DNA of 37,772 nucleotides from an uncultured Eubacteriales bacterium (GTDB lineage Bacteria; Bacillota; Clostridia; Oscillospirales; Acutalibacteraceae): contig ONHJ01000002.1 in NCBI GenBank assembly GCA_900317595.1, forward strand, positions 1 to 37,772. The letters are read 5' to 3'. The position numbers and the translations under genes were made by a program. The notes under the pieces are model-generated. The model did not search any database. It was not told where the DNA came from and saw only the letters and a list, made by a program, of their open reading frames with translations. Within the stretch, counting starts at the first letter, position 1; the number at the start of each line of letters is the position of its first letter. This document shows, in pieces, positions 1-10,470 of the stretch.

Positions 1-100
1 CACGGTCTTGACCGTGCCGCAGATAAAGGCAGAAACACCGGGCATTAAACCCACGGTCAGGGTACGGCTGTGCCCAGACCCCCTCAGTCCCCCTATTAGA

Positions 101-126
101 GGGCAGAAACAAGACCTGACCCTACA
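101..126 (-). repeat. GTAG-type REP-like palindrome
   Basis: Minus strand reads GTAG GGTCAG-gtcttgttt-CTGCCC, a GTAG tetranucleotide at the foot of an imperfect hairpin; same layout as 12489-12515. Confidence 0.45.
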
Positions 127-148
127 GTACAATGCAATTACAATAAAA

Positions 149-190
149 GGGCTGACTCTTACTCATAACAATGAGTTTTGAGCCAGCCCC
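149..190. repeat. Dispersed palindromic repeat / terminator-like hairpin (family B, copy 1)
   Basis: gggctgactcttactcataacaatgagttttgagccagcccc; its reverse complement nearly matches 25517-25559. Confidence 0.6.
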
Positions 191-216
191 CATTTTCATG
201 CGCGTTTATTTGCGGT

Positions 217-241
217 TTAAGCAGATCGCAAGGCGATTTGC
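217..241. repeat. Short palindromic repeat (family A, copy 1)
   Basis: ttaagcagatcgcaaggcgatttgc recurs with one mismatch at 12463-12487 and partially at 27850-27863. Confidence 0.6.
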
Positions 242-260
242 GGAGATCGGTTAAGTGCCT

Positions 261-911
261 TCAGCATGAAGCCGCCTGAAGCGCGCTGATCGCCGCCGCC
301 GGGTCATTTGCCTTAAAGACAGCCGTGCCTGCCACACAGACGTCGACGCCCGCGTCGGCAGCCTGCTTAACGGTGGCTTCGCCGATACCGCCGTCGGCTT
401 CTATCAGCAAGTCAAGCCCGCGTCTTTTGCACTCTTCCTTGATCGCGCCGACCTTAGGGAGCATATCTGCCATAAAGGATTGTCCGCCGAAGCCCGGCTC
501 CACGGTCATCACCAGCACCAGCGAAAGCTTGTCGAGGTAGGGGAACACCGCCTCGGCAGGTGTTTTCGGTTTTATCACCAAGCCCGCCTGCACGCCGCGG
601 GCTTTTATTTTTTCAATGGTCGCGTCGATATCGGAGTCACACTCCACGTGGAAGGTGATAATGTCCGCGCCGGCGTCGGCAAAGTCGTCGATATATTTCA
701 GCGGGTCGGAGATCATCAGATGTACGTCAAAGGGCTTGTCCGTGTAGGGGCGCACCCATTTTATCACGGGCGCGCCGAAGGTGATGTTCGGAACGAAATG
801 CCCGTCCATCACATCGAGGTGCATCCAGTCTGCGCCCGCCTTGTCCATGCGTTTGATTTCCTCGCCCATTTTGGAAAAATCACAGGAGAGAAGTGAAGGA
901 GCGATTTTCAT
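261..911 (-). CDS. rpe: Ribulose-phosphate 3-epimerase
   Basis: IAPSLLS, HLDVMDGHFVPNITFG, DVHLMI, MTVEPGFGGQSF and DGGI motifs. Confidence 0.97.
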   Translation of the reverse strand: MKIAPSLLSCDFSKMGEEIKRMDKAGADWMHLDVMDGHFVPNITFGAPVIKWVRPYTDKPFDVHLMISDPLKYIDDFADAGADIITFHVECDSDIDATIEKIKARGVQAGLVIKPKTPAEAVFPYLDKLSLVLVMTVEPGFGGQSFMADMLPKVGAIKEECKRRGLDLLIEADGGIGEATVKQAADAGVDVCVAGTAVFKANDPAAAISALQAASC

Positions 912-947
912 AGCGTAAAGTCCTTTCTTTTTTCAATGACAGTCGGG

Positions 948-3623
948 TCACGGCTTTTGCAGCGCCGGCGCGACTATAGCCGCCACAGCCCAGAACAGCG
1001 CGTAAATAAGCACCTCAAGGCTGCCCATGACGCTGACACCGGCGTACATCACCAGCGGAATTGAGATCAGCAAGCCCATTATCACGGCGATAAGCTGGAT
1101 AACTATCGCCAGCGAAATGTTTTGCTTGATGCGCACGCAGCCCGAAACCGAGCGCGCCATTCCCGCCGCCTTGCCGTGGGTTATCAGGTAGGCGCGTGAG
1201 CTTTCCTCAACGACGCCCTGCGCTTCCTTCAGCACATTTCCGAGACCGGTCGGCAGCACCTTTATGCTGCGGTAAAACAGGTTGTACAGCCGCGCCACAA
1301 GATCGTCGGTGATGTTGTGGTCGGTGGTGCGGATCAGGAAGCTGATGCCGTTAGCCTCGGCGCGCTGCATCTCGCTTTTCAGCTCGGGATCTGCGTGGTA
1401 GCGCGTTACCAGCATCGCCACCAGCCTTCCGGCGCGTGAGAGATAGGTGATCTGGCTGCCGTCGGCGATGAATTTTTCCTCGTAATCGTCGGCGGGCAGG
1501 TCGACCTGATATTTTTCCATCAGCGCGCGCGCGCCGACCAGGATGCGCTCGCCGTTGATCCAGCCCACCAAGCCGAGACCGTCCTCATAGAGCACGCTCT
1601 CAACGTCGGGCAGCGTTTCCTTCGCCTCGGAAACGACCGAGTCAAAGGCGTTTGCGATGGGGTTCTGCGCTTCCTTCAAAATGGCTATTCCGCAAAGCAG
1701 CGACTCATCCACGTTGAAGTTCTCAAAGGTTTTTATGCCCTCCAGCTCGATAGTGTCCGCCGGGAACAGCTCGCCGGCGTCGATCATTATCGCGGTGCTG
1801 TCGCAGAATTGCTTGATAGAGGGATAGCCCGCCATCATCGCGCCGTAGCCGTTCAGGGTCTTGCACAGCTTTCTCACCGGCACGTTGACCGCAAGCAGCG
1901 TCGATACGGGAACAGACAGCGCGGTGAGCAGCGCCAATGTGTTCAGGGTGTCGGTGAACGAGCCCTTTACCACGCCGTAGAGCACTGTGATGAGCAGCGT
2001 AGAGACAGTGGTGATCGGCGCAAGCTTGGACGCCAGATCCTCGCTGGGGTCGGGCGCATAGGATATCTTCAAAAAGTTCGACGCGAATTTGGTTTTGTGC
2101 TGATAGGCGATCAGGTTCTTTTCGGACGCCGTGCCGCTGAGCATTTTGTTTGCGACGCTCTCGTTATTGTAGATTTTAGAGGCGTATTTTTGCCCCTTGG
2201 CGGTCAGGAAACGGAAATTGTCCTTGACGCGCCGAACAAGCAGCAGCTTTCCCACATTGTTGGCGAAGAACGCGAGCAGCACTATCACAAGATAATAGTT
2301 TACGTTGAAGCCCGACAGGTCGCCCAGCGTGAAGAACGCCGCCACACACTGTATTACAGCCGCGACGCCCGCAACCGCGACGGCGGTGTCGGAGTTGCCC
2401 TTGAGCTTGAGCAGAGGGGTCAGGCCGCTGAGCATTGAAACGCGGTTGAGCGCCACCGACGAGCCGATAAGCAGCAGATTGAACACCGCGTAGGCGGCGG
2501 TAGCGACCGGTATCGCCGAGATGATCGCGTCCGGGAACACGCGGGTGATAAAGGTCAGAATGACGGAAACCAGCGCGATGACTCCCGATATCACGCTGCG
2601 GAAAAAGAGCTTTTTGATGTTCTCGTTCAGCTCGAACCTGATGCTCTCCTCGTCCTCCTCGCCGGTGTAATCCTCAACGGGCTTCACCTTTTCCTTCGGG
2701 GTGTCCTCGTCGTCGGACTCGTCCTTTGAGAAAAAGCCGACCACCGCGCTCAGGATCTTCTCCTTGGTTGTGCGGGTGTCCTCCTCTTTTTCCTCGGGCT
2801 CCTCTTTTTCGGCGGTCGGGCGGATGACGTGCGCGATCACCGAGGGGTTCTTTGAGCGTATGTATTCCTCATATTCGCGCGCGACCACCTCGGAAAACTT
2901 GCCCGCCTTTACATTTAGGATATTGCCGGGTTCCTCGGGGCGGTAGACAGGCACCTTTGCCACTATGCGCTCCGCCTCGATCTTCGGCTGCTGCGGCTTT
3001 ACGCCGAACGCCTCCTCATAGCGGTTGGTTTCGACGGCGGTCTGAGGCTTTTTGTCGTCCTCCGCCAGCTCGATGTCTATGGAGTTGATGCTCTCGATAT
3101 CCGCGGATTCACGGAAGGGATCGACCTCGCCGAGCACCTCGCCCGCGAACTGCGTGTCCTCGGCGTATTCGGGATCGAGAGTGACGATCTTGTCAGCCTC
3201 CGCTTCTTCTTCCTGCCGAGCGGTTTCCTCGGCGTCCTTTTGCGCCTGTTCGGCGGCAAGACGCGCTTCTTCCTCCAGTTCCTCGGGGGTCTTTACCTTT
3301 TCGCCGCTTTGGTTTCCGTCCATAAGCAGCTCTGTTTTCATCGTGGCGGCGGTTTTTTCGCCGACAATGATGTTTGAGGTATCAGGCTGCGCCTGTTCCT
3401 CGGCTTTTTCTTTTTCCTTCTTTTCCAGATCCAAGGGGTTTTCGTTTTGCAGGCGCGGCTTTTTGTCCGCGTTGCTGAATATCTCCTGAACCTTGGGCTT
3501 GGCGCGGTAACGCTGAGCGGTCTTTTTCATCTGCTCCTCGTCCGCTATCTGGTGGCGCTCGTCAAGGATGCTCTGGATTTCAAGCTCCTTGAGCAGGTCG
3601 CCTTTTTTATCAAGCTCCGACAC
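948..3623 (-). CDS. Membrane protein with degenerate P1B-type ATPase-like C-terminal half and long acidic N-terminus
   Basis: Multiple TM helices; GLGLVGWINGERILVG resembles the N-domain glycine motif; AIMIDAGELF sits where DKTGT is expected; no CPx, TGES or GDGxND; GTG start with RBS. Confidence 0.7.
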   Translation of the reverse strand: MSELDKKGDLLKELEIQSILDERHQIADEEQMKKTAQRYRAKPKVQEIFSNADKKPRLQNENPLDLEKKEKEKAEEQAQPDTSNIIVGEKTAATMKTELLMDGNQSGEKVKTPEELEEEARLAAEQAQKDAEETARQEEEAEADKIVTLDPEYAEDTQFAGEVLGEVDPFRESADIESINSIDIELAEDDKKPQTAVETNRYEEAFGVKPQQPKIEAERIVAKVPVYRPEEPGNILNVKAGKFSEVVAREYEEYIRSKNPSVIAHVIRPTAEKEEPEEKEEDTRTTKEKILSAVVGFFSKDESDDEDTPKEKVKPVEDYTGEEDEESIRFELNENIKKLFFRSVISGVIALVSVILTFITRVFPDAIISAIPVATAAYAVFNLLLIGSSVALNRVSMLSGLTPLLKLKGNSDTAVAVAGVAAVIQCVAAFFTLGDLSGFNVNYYLVIVLLAFFANNVGKLLLVRRVKDNFRFLTAKGQKYASKIYNNESVANKMLSGTASEKNLIAYQHKTKFASNFLKISYAPDPSEDLASKLAPITTVSTLLITVLYGVVKGSFTDTLNTLALLTALSVPVSTLLAVNVPVRKLCKTLNGYGAMMAGYPSIKQFCDSTAIMIDAGELFPADTIELEGIKTFENFNVDESLLCGIAILKEAQNPIANAFDSVVSEAKETLPDVESVLYEDGLGLVGWINGERILVGARALMEKYQVDLPADDYEEKFIADGSQITYLSRAGRLVAMLVTRYHADPELKSEMQRAEANGISFLIRTTDHNITDDLVARLYNLFYRSIKVLPTGLGNVLKEAQGVVEESSRAYLITHGKAAGMARSVSGCVRIKQNISLAIVIQLIAVIMGLLISIPLVMYAGVSVMGSLEVLIYALFWAVAAIVAPALQKP

Positions 3624-3646
3624 GGTAACACTTCCTTTCGTCGGAT

Positions 3647-4396
3647 TTATCGCTTATCCATCGCGTGATACATCAATATGCCCGCCGCGACCGAGGCGTT
3701 CAGCGAATTGATGTGACCCTTCATCGGCAGGGATACGATAACATCGCATTTTTCGCGCACAAGCCGCGATATCCCCTTGCCCTCGTTGCCGATGACTATG
3801 GCGCAGGCGCCGGACATATCGCACCTGCGGTAGTCCTCGCCGTTCATATCGGCGCCGAAGACCCACACGCCGCGCTCCTTAAGCTCGTCAAGAAGCTTGG
3901 CAATGTTAGTCACGCGCGCCACGCGCATATACTCGACCGCGCCGGCGCTTGCCTTGGCGACGGTGTAGCTCAGACCCACGCTGCGGCGCTTGGGGATGAT
4001 GACGCCGTGCGCGCCGACACATTCCGCTGTGCGGATGATCGCGCCGAGGTTGTGCGGGTCCTCGAGCTCGTCCAGTACAATGATGAACGGCGGCTCGCCG
4101 CGCTCTTCGGCGCAGGCAAAAATGTCCTCGACTTCGGCGTATTCCTTTGCCGCCGCCAGCGCGACGATGCCCTGATGGGTTTGTCCGCCGCTGAGAAAAT
4201 CGAGCTTGGCGCGGTCGACCTCCTTGACCGGGATCTGCCTGTCCTTTGCCTTGGCGAGAATACCCACGATCGCGCCGCTTCTTTCGCCGCGCGCCACAAG
4301 GATCTTGTCGATCGGGCGGTTGCCCCGCACCGCCTCGCTCACCGGATTTCTGCCCGCTATGACGTCGGGCTTGGGTTCGTTATTCTGTTCTCTCAT
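3647..4396 (-). CDS. rlmB: 23S rRNA (guanosine-2'-O)-methyltransferase, TrmH/SpoU family
   Basis: IAGRNPVSEA, HQGIVA, EDPHNLGAIIRTAE, GNEGKG and SLNASVAAG SPOUT motifs. Confidence 0.93.
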   Translation of the reverse strand: MREQNNEPKPDVIAGRNPVSEAVRGNRPIDKILVARGERSGAIVGILAKAKDRQIPVKEVDRAKLDFLSGGQTHQGIVALAAAKEYAEVEDIFACAEERGEPPFIIVLDELEDPHNLGAIIRTAECVGAHGVIIPKRRSVGLSYTVAKASAGAVEYMRVARVTNIAKLLDELKERGVWVFGADMNGEDYRRCDMSGACAIVIGNEGKGISRLVREKCDVIVSLPMKGHINSLNASVAAGILMYHAMDKR

Positions 4397-4517
4397 TCCG
4401 TTTTCCTCGCAAATAGTCTATATACCCTTTTATTATAACACACTTCGCCATGCTTTTATATTCTCTTTCAGAATTATAGCGCAATATCTTGTGCTTTTCT
4501 CCGCATTGCCGACACGC

Positions 4518-5033
4518 TCACCCTGCGTTGGTCGGCGGTATGCCGTAAAGCCCGGTCACGGCGTCGCGGAACCAAGGGTTTTGCGGCGGAAACGGCGTGA
4601 AGCAGACATAGACCGCCACAAACAGAAACAGAAAGCAAACCGCCGGGGCAAAAAGCGGTCGCAGCGTCAGCCGGGAGCGGTAGAGGAAAAACGAGAGCAA
4701 AAACGACGCGCACACGCTCAGCGCGGCGCACGGAGCCGCCGGCAGCAGATCGCCGAGAGGCAGGCAGAGCGCGCCCAAAAAATACAGCCCCGCTGTTTTT
4801 GCCACCGTGAAGCGGTACACCGCCACCCGAACGCAGAGCAGCTCCAGCAGCCCCCAAACGAGATAGGGCAGCAGCAGGGTCTTGCAGCGCTCCCACGCGC
4901 TGTTGTTGACCGCGCCGAACAGGATCCCGAGCGCCTGACCTCCGCAGAAATCATAGAGGCGCAGCATCGCCGAGGAACAGGCGGCGACAAAGCCGACCCC
5001 GATGATCTCAGTTTTCCACAAGCTTTTGTCCAA
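4518..5033 (-). CDS. Hydrophobic membrane protein (DUF6512-like)
   Basis: TTG start after AAGGGAG; several TM segments; VNNSAWE and terminal FRDAVTGLYG motifs. Confidence 0.65.
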   Translation of the reverse strand: MDKSLWKTEIIGVGFVAACSSAMLRLYDFCGGQALGILFGAVNNSAWERCKTLLLPYLVWGLLELLCVRVAVYRFTVAKTAGLYFLGALCLPLGDLLPAAPCAALSVCASFLLSFFLYRSRLTLRPLFAPAVCFLFLFVAVYVCFTPFPPQNPWFRDAVTGLYGIPPTNAG

Positions 5034-5354
5034 AGCGGCGCTCCCTTCAGAATTACAGAATTGTATTATTTTTCGCGGGAATTAAAACGGGCGTATAAAA
5101 ATTCTATTTCGGAAGTTATACAATTTGTAAAATTCTTATTCTTCATTATAATGTTGAAAACTATGTGGAAAGTGTTAAGAGCATTGTTTAAAAGAGGTAA
5201 TTGTTTCCTGCGCTTTGACGGGTTCGTCAAAAATTCCCGTGATTTTTGTTCTTTCCACACAAAACGCGAGGTGAAAGTTCTCCACATATTAAATTACAAA
5301 CTGTATATTATCTGTGTCAAGGCTTATTTTTGACAAAATGGTTACAAAACGATT

Positions 5355-5864
5355 TCAGCCGAAAAACAGCCGCACCGTCACCGCGCTCATCACCATTGCC
5401 GTCAGGTCGGCAGCGACGGCGGCGAGCAGCGTATGGCGTATCTCAGTCACGTTGACGCTGCCGAAATACATCGCGGTGGCGTAAAAGGTGGTTTCGCTGG
5501 AGCCTGCCAGCACCGACGCCACCCTGCCGGCAAAGCTGTCGGCGCCGTTTTCCTCAAACACCGACACAAGCAGAGCCGTCGAGCCGCTCCCCGAAACAGG
5601 CCGCAAAAGCGCCATCGGAACGACCTCCGGCGGAAAGCCGACCAACCCCGCGACCGGCGCTGCAAGGCGGCAGATAACCTCAACGGCGCCGCTGTTGCGC
5701 AGCAGGCTGACCGCGAACACCAGCCCGAGAATTGTCGGCGCGATATGAAGCAGCGTTTGGGCGCCGTCGCGCGCGCCGTCCATGAACGCGTCGAAAACCG
5801 GCACGCGCCTGATAAAGGCGTAAACGATTATAACCGCCGCGAACGCGGGCATAATAAAATCCAT
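5355..5864 (-). CDS. spmB: Spore maturation protein B
   Basis: FDAFMDGARDG, LRPVSGSGS, GSSETTFY and YFGSV motifs; follows spmA. Confidence 0.92.
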   Translation of the reverse strand: MDFIMPAFAAVIIVYAFIRRVPVFDAFMDGARDGAQTLLHIAPTILGLVFAVSLLRNSGAVEVICRLAAPVAGLVGFPPEVVPMALLRPVSGSGSTALLVSVFEENGADSFAGRVASVLAGSSETTFYATAMYFGSVNVTEIRHTLLAAVAADLTAMVMSAVTVRLFFG

Positions 5865-5880
5865 CGTGCTCTCCTTTGCC

Positions 5881-6489
5881 TCATCTCGCGCGCAGCGTGC
5901 GCCGCTGACGCTGTTTTGCAGCCTTGTTTCCCGCCGCCGCGATCGTCAGCGCGACCGCGAGCGCGCAGGCAGAGCTGATCCACACCGGCGTCAGTATCTC
6001 AAACGGCGCTCTGCTGCCGTAGCTTTGCCGCAGCGCGCCCAGCATGGTCGGAAAAAGCTGCAGCGACGCGGTGTTCATCACGACAAACACCACCATTTCG
6101 TCGCTCGCGGTGTCGCTGCCGCCGTCTAAGCGGTGCAGCTCTCTCATAGCTTTCAGCCCCAGAGGCGTGGCGGTGTTGCCCAGCCCGAGCAGATTCGCGC
6201 TGATGTTCATGCAGATCGCCTCAAAAGCCGCGCTGTTTTTGTCGAGCCGGGGGAACAGCCGCTTTAAAACCGGCGCGAACAGCTTGGCGATCAGCGCGTT
6301 CAGCCCGCTTTGCTCGGCGATCTTCATCAGCCCCGTCCACAGGCAGATCACGCCTGTCAGCGTCATAAGCAGCCCTACCGCGTCGGCGGTGCTGTCGATG
6401 AACGCCTTCGACAAATCCTGAGTGTTTCCGAGAAAAAGCGCGCAAATAACGCTGAAAACGACAATAAAACTCCAAATGGTATTCAGCAT
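5881..6489 (-). CDS. spmA: Spore maturation protein A (nucleoside recognition GATE domain)
   Basis: LWTGLMKIAE, NISANLLGLGNTATPLGLKAM and NTASLQL; start moved to the ATG after AGGAG (MLNTIW). Confidence 0.92.
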   Translation of the reverse strand: MLNTIWSFIVVFSVICALFLGNTQDLSKAFIDSTADAVGLLMTLTGVICLWTGLMKIAEQSGLNALIAKLFAPVLKRLFPRLDKNSAAFEAICMNISANLLGLGNTATPLGLKAMRELHRLDGGSDTASDEMVVFVVMNTASLQLFPTMLGALRQSYGSRAPFEILTPVWISSACALAVALTIAAAGNKAAKQRQRRTLRAR

Positions 6490-6540
6490 AAGGGTTTCTC
6501 CTGTTAAAAACAACAATTTATTACAAAATCAGAGAAAGAA

Positions 6541-6569
6541 TTGACAAACAATCCAAAAAATGGTAAAAT
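6541..6569 (+). promoter_or_regulatory. Sigma-A-like promoter for the AbrB-family gene
   Basis: TTGACA-N17-TAAAAT with extended TG. Confidence 0.6.
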
Positions 6570-6602
6570 AATGGCAGTAAAAGTCAAAAAGGAGCGGATA
6601 GC

Positions 6603-6842
6603 ATGATCTACACCAATTTCAGAGAAATCGACAAGGCGGGTCGTATCGTTATATCCAAGGATATCCGCCGCCATTTGAATATTCAGGCGGGCGATGTTTT
6701 GCAGATCAACGCCGACGATGAATGTATCACCATCCGCAAGGCTGAGGAAAAGTGCGTTTTCTGCAACTCGCTTGAAAACCTGACCGCGTTTGAGGGCAGG
6801 CACATCTGTGCCGAATGCCTTGAAAAGCTCAAAACTCGGTGA
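6603..6842 (+). CDS. AbrB/MazE/SpoVT-family DNA-binding protein with C-terminal Cys4 zinc-ribbon
   Basis: REIDKAGRIVISKDIRRHL AbrB fold; CVFC...ICAEC. Confidence 0.9.
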   Translation: MIYTNFREIDKAGRIVISKDIRRHLNIQAGDVLQINADDECITIRKAEEKCVFCNSLENLTAFEGRHICAECLEKLKTR

Positions 6843-6875
6843 CCTATCTTAATATATTGGGAAAACAGTGAAATT

Positions 6876-7481
6876 ATGAAGCTTTTTCTTGCGAATATCA
6901 ACGAGGTGACGACCGGGCATTTTGATTTGATCACGCCGCAGCGCTTGGAAAAGGCGCTGCGCTGCCGTTTTTCGGACGATCAAAAGCGCTGTGTGGCAGG
7001 CGGCTTGCTGTTGCGCGCTTTTTTGGGAGATACCGCGATCGCTGCGGATGAATACGGCAAGCCGCGCGCGGCGAACGGCGCTTTTTTCAATCTTTCACAC
7101 AGCGGCGACTGGGCGCTTTTGGCGCTCGGCGACAATGAGATCGGCTGTGATATCGAGCGGCACCGTCAGGCGGACGCTCTGCGTCTCGGCAAGGTAGTCT
7201 TTACCGAGAACGAATTGCGAACGATCCGCGAAAACCCCGACCGTTTGGGGCAGTTCTACCGATTCTGGACAAAAAAAGAAGCCCTGCTCAAATGTATGGG
7301 CAAGGGCTTTCACCGAGCGGCAAAATCTGTCGACGTCTGCGCCGACGTTTTTTCCGAGGACGGCTTAGATTATTATATACAGACAAAGGTTTTTGCCGAT
7401 TATACGATCTCGGTCTGCACGCGCGGCAAAAAAGAAAAATTCACGCTCGAATTTTTCGATTTATCGAGCGTGAAGGATTGA
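6876..7481 (+). CDS. 4'-phosphopantetheinyl transferase, Sfp type
   Basis: YGKP, FNLSHSGDW, IGCDIE and FWTKKEALLKCMGKG motifs. Confidence 0.93.
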   Translation: MKLFLANINEVTTGHFDLITPQRLEKALRCRFSDDQKRCVAGGLLLRAFLGDTAIAADEYGKPRAANGAFFNLSHSGDWALLALGDNEIGCDIERHRQADALRLGKVVFTENELRTIRENPDRLGQFYRFWTKKEALLKCMGKGFHRAAKSVDVCADVFSEDGLDYYIQTKVFADYTISVCTRGKKEKFTLEFFDLSSVKD

Positions 7482-7528
7482 ATATACAACGTAAATTTTT
7501 TCGCGGATATTTTATAAGGATAATGATA

Positions 7529-7858
7529 TCACTGCACCGGCACCACCGAGAAGAAAACCAAGTCCTCCTCGCTGTTGTTGATAAGGCTGTGGGAGTGACC
7601 CTTCGGGCAGTAGTGGCAGTCGCCGGCTTCGAGCGGCAGGACAGCGCCGTCGTCGTCCACTTCGCCGCTGCCGCTGAGAATGTAGATTATCTCGCTGTCG
7701 TTTTCGTGCGTGTGTTTGCCAATGGTCGATTTAGGCGGCAGAGTGCCGTGGATCACCTTGTTCAGCCCGTCAAAATGTATCTTGGCGATAAATTCGCCCT
7801 CACCGCCCTTGAAATTCGGAAGGATCTCGGGGGCTTCGTTTTTCAAATCAAAAATCAT
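7529..7858 (-). CDS. Cupin domain protein
   Basis: IGKHTHENDSEIIYILSGSG and CPKGHSH cupin motifs; start at MIFDL after GGAG (alternative start 7888). Confidence 0.88.
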   Translation of the reverse strand: MIFDLKNEAPEILPNFKGGEGEFIAKIHFDGLNKVIHGTLPPKSTIGKHTHENDSEIIYILSGSGEVDDDGAVLPLEAGDCHYCPKGHSHSLINNSEEDLVFFSVVPVQ

Positions 7859-7884
7859 AATAACTCTCCGTTCTTGTTGTTGCT

Positions 7885-8376
7885 TCAAAGCTCATGGTAA
7901 TACGGGCAGATGTCCTCATAACGCCCGTCCTTCATCAAAAAGCCCTTGGGTATCACGCCGAGCTGAGTGAAGCCCAGCTTTTCATAAAGCCTGCGGGCGG
8001 CAATGTTGGTTCTGACCACGGCGTTGAACTGCAAAATCTTAAATCCGTGCAGCCTGCCCTGCTCCAGACAGTCGCGCACCAGCCTCTCACCTATCTTCAA
8101 GCCTCTTGCGGCGGCGGTCACAGCGTAGCTTGCGTTGCAGATATGGCCGCACCGCCCGACGTTGTTAGGGTGCAGGATATATAAGCCGAGCAGCTTGCCG
8201 CTTTCGCTGTCCTCCGCGACGCCGCAATAGCTCTGGCTGTCAAAAAACGCCCTGCCGCTTTCCCTGTCCAAAAGCTCCGTCTGCGGAAAGGCGACGCCGT
8301 CGCGCACCACCTCGTTCCATATTTCGGTCATGCCCGCAAGGTCGGTTTCACGGTATTCCCTTATCAAAATGTTCAT
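7885..8376 (-). CDS. GNAT family N-acetyltransferase
   Basis: ASYAVTAAARGLKIG and NIAARRLYEKLGF; start trimmed to MNILIRE. Confidence 0.9.
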   Translation of the reverse strand: MNILIREYRETDLAGMTEIWNEVVRDGVAFPQTELLDRESGRAFFDSQSYCGVAEDSESGKLLGLYILHPNNVGRCGHICNASYAVTAAARGLKIGERLVRDCLEQGRLHGFKILQFNAVVRTNIAARRLYEKLGFTQLGVIPKGFLMKDGRYEDICPYYHEL

Positions 8377-8457
8377 ATATATCCCTCTTTTCCCGTCAAG
8401 TATAGCACAAAAACCGCGCGAATACAAACTTTTCCCGAAATTTCTTGAAAAAACCCC

Positions 8458-8486
8458 TTGCCTTTTTCGGCGCGATAATATATAAT
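8458..8486 (+). promoter_or_regulatory. Sigma-A-like promoter of the metK leader
   Basis: TTGCCT-N17-TATAAT just upstream of the SAM-I aptamer. Confidence 0.65.
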
Positions 8487-8505
8487 GGTACAAGTTGAAT
8501 ACAAC

Positions 8506-8596
8506 CTTATCAAGAGTGACGGAGGGAACAGGCCCTTTGATGTCCGGCAACCTGCATTGCAAGGTGCCAAATCCTGCGGTTTTACCGAAAGATGAG
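8506..8596 (+). promoter_or_regulatory. SAM-I (S-box) riboswitch
   Basis: CTTATCAAGAG...GGAGGGA-CAGGCCC...GGCAACC...GGTGCCAAATCCTGC...GATGAG consensus directly upstream of metK. Confidence 0.95.
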
Positions 8597-8605
8597 TTTA
8601 TTTGC

Positions 8606-8640
8606 ACGCCCTTTCGGATGATTGGGCGTTTTTGTTTTTT
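8606..8640 (+). terminator. Riboswitch expression-platform terminator
   Basis: acgccc...gggcgt hairpin followed by a T-rich tract. Confidence 0.7.
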
Positions 8641-8665
8641 ATGGAAGTATGAGAGGAGTAATCAA

Positions 8666-9844
<1,179 letters not shown>

Positions 9845-9859
9845 GACAAGGAGCAAAAA

Positions 9860-10384
9860 ATGTTTTTTATTGAAACCGAAAGATTGAATATCACCGAATT
9901 TGCGCCGGATATGGCGCAGGCGGTACACGAGAACTCGCTCGATGAGGACAACCGCCGCTTTGTTCCCGACGAGGTTTTTGAGACCGTCGAGGACGCTGCT
10001 GAGACGATCGAATTTTTGATGTCGCGCTACGGCGGCGACGAGGGTCCGTTTGTGTACCCCGTGCTGCTCAAGGACGGCTCGAACATCGGCTATGTGCAGG
10101 CGGTGCCGCTCGGTGACGGAGTGTGGGAGATCGGCTATCATATCGCCGTTCTCTATACCAAAAAGGGCTACTGCACAGAGGCGGTCAGGGCTTTTTTGCC
10201 CGTTATGATGGAGCGGCTCAACATCAATAAAGTGGAGGGAGTCTGCCTTGCCGATAACATCGCTTCGCGCAAGGTGATGGAAAAATGCGGCTTCGTCAAG
10301 GAGTTTGAGGGCGAGGGTGATTATCAGGGCGCGCGCAGAGAGATCTGCCGCTATTGGTTCACTCCCGAAACACCCGAAAAATAA
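9860..10384 (+). CDS. GNAT N-acetyltransferase, RimJ/RimL-like
   Basis: IETERL, WEIGYHI, KGYCTEA and NIASRKVMEKCGF. Confidence 0.88.
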   Translation: MFFIETERLNITEFAPDMAQAVHENSLDEDNRRFVPDEVFETVEDAAETIEFLMSRYGGDEGPFVYPVLLKDGSNIGYVQAVPLGDGVWEIGYHIAVLYTKKGYCTEAVRAFLPVMMERLNINKVEGVCLADNIASRKVMEKCGFVKEFEGEGDYQGARREICRYWFTPETPEK

Positions 10385-10470
10385 AACAAGCCCGCAGGCG
10401 GACTTGACAATTTCGCGGAATGTGCTATAATAAAAACAGATAAGGCGAACCGATAAGCGGCTTGCCCTCA
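10383..10470 (+). repeat. 88-bp exact direct repeat, copy 1 (contains a sigma-A promoter)
   Basis: Identical to 10707-10794 (offset 324 bp); holds TTGACA 10404 and TGcTATAAT 10423-10431. Confidence 0.95.

Noticed and set aside
4206-5333. 375-aa plus-strand ORF
   Set aside because: Crosses two minus-strand genes and an AT-rich spacer; no recognisable domain or RBS
5034-5354. Replication origin
   Set aside because: Boxes are imperfect and no dnaA, dnaN or rpmH context is present
6603-6842. MazE-type antitoxin of a type II TA pair
   Set aside because: Has the clostridial AbrB Cys4 tail, and the downstream gene is a PPTase, not a toxin
8377-8607. N-terminal extension of the GNAT ORF
   Set aside because: Overlaps the divergent promoter and riboswitch; the GNAT fold starts at MNILIRE (8376)
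8495-8665. N-terminal extension of MetK in the ORF track
   Set aside because: It is the SAM-I riboswitch and terminator; the real start is ATG 8666 with an RBS
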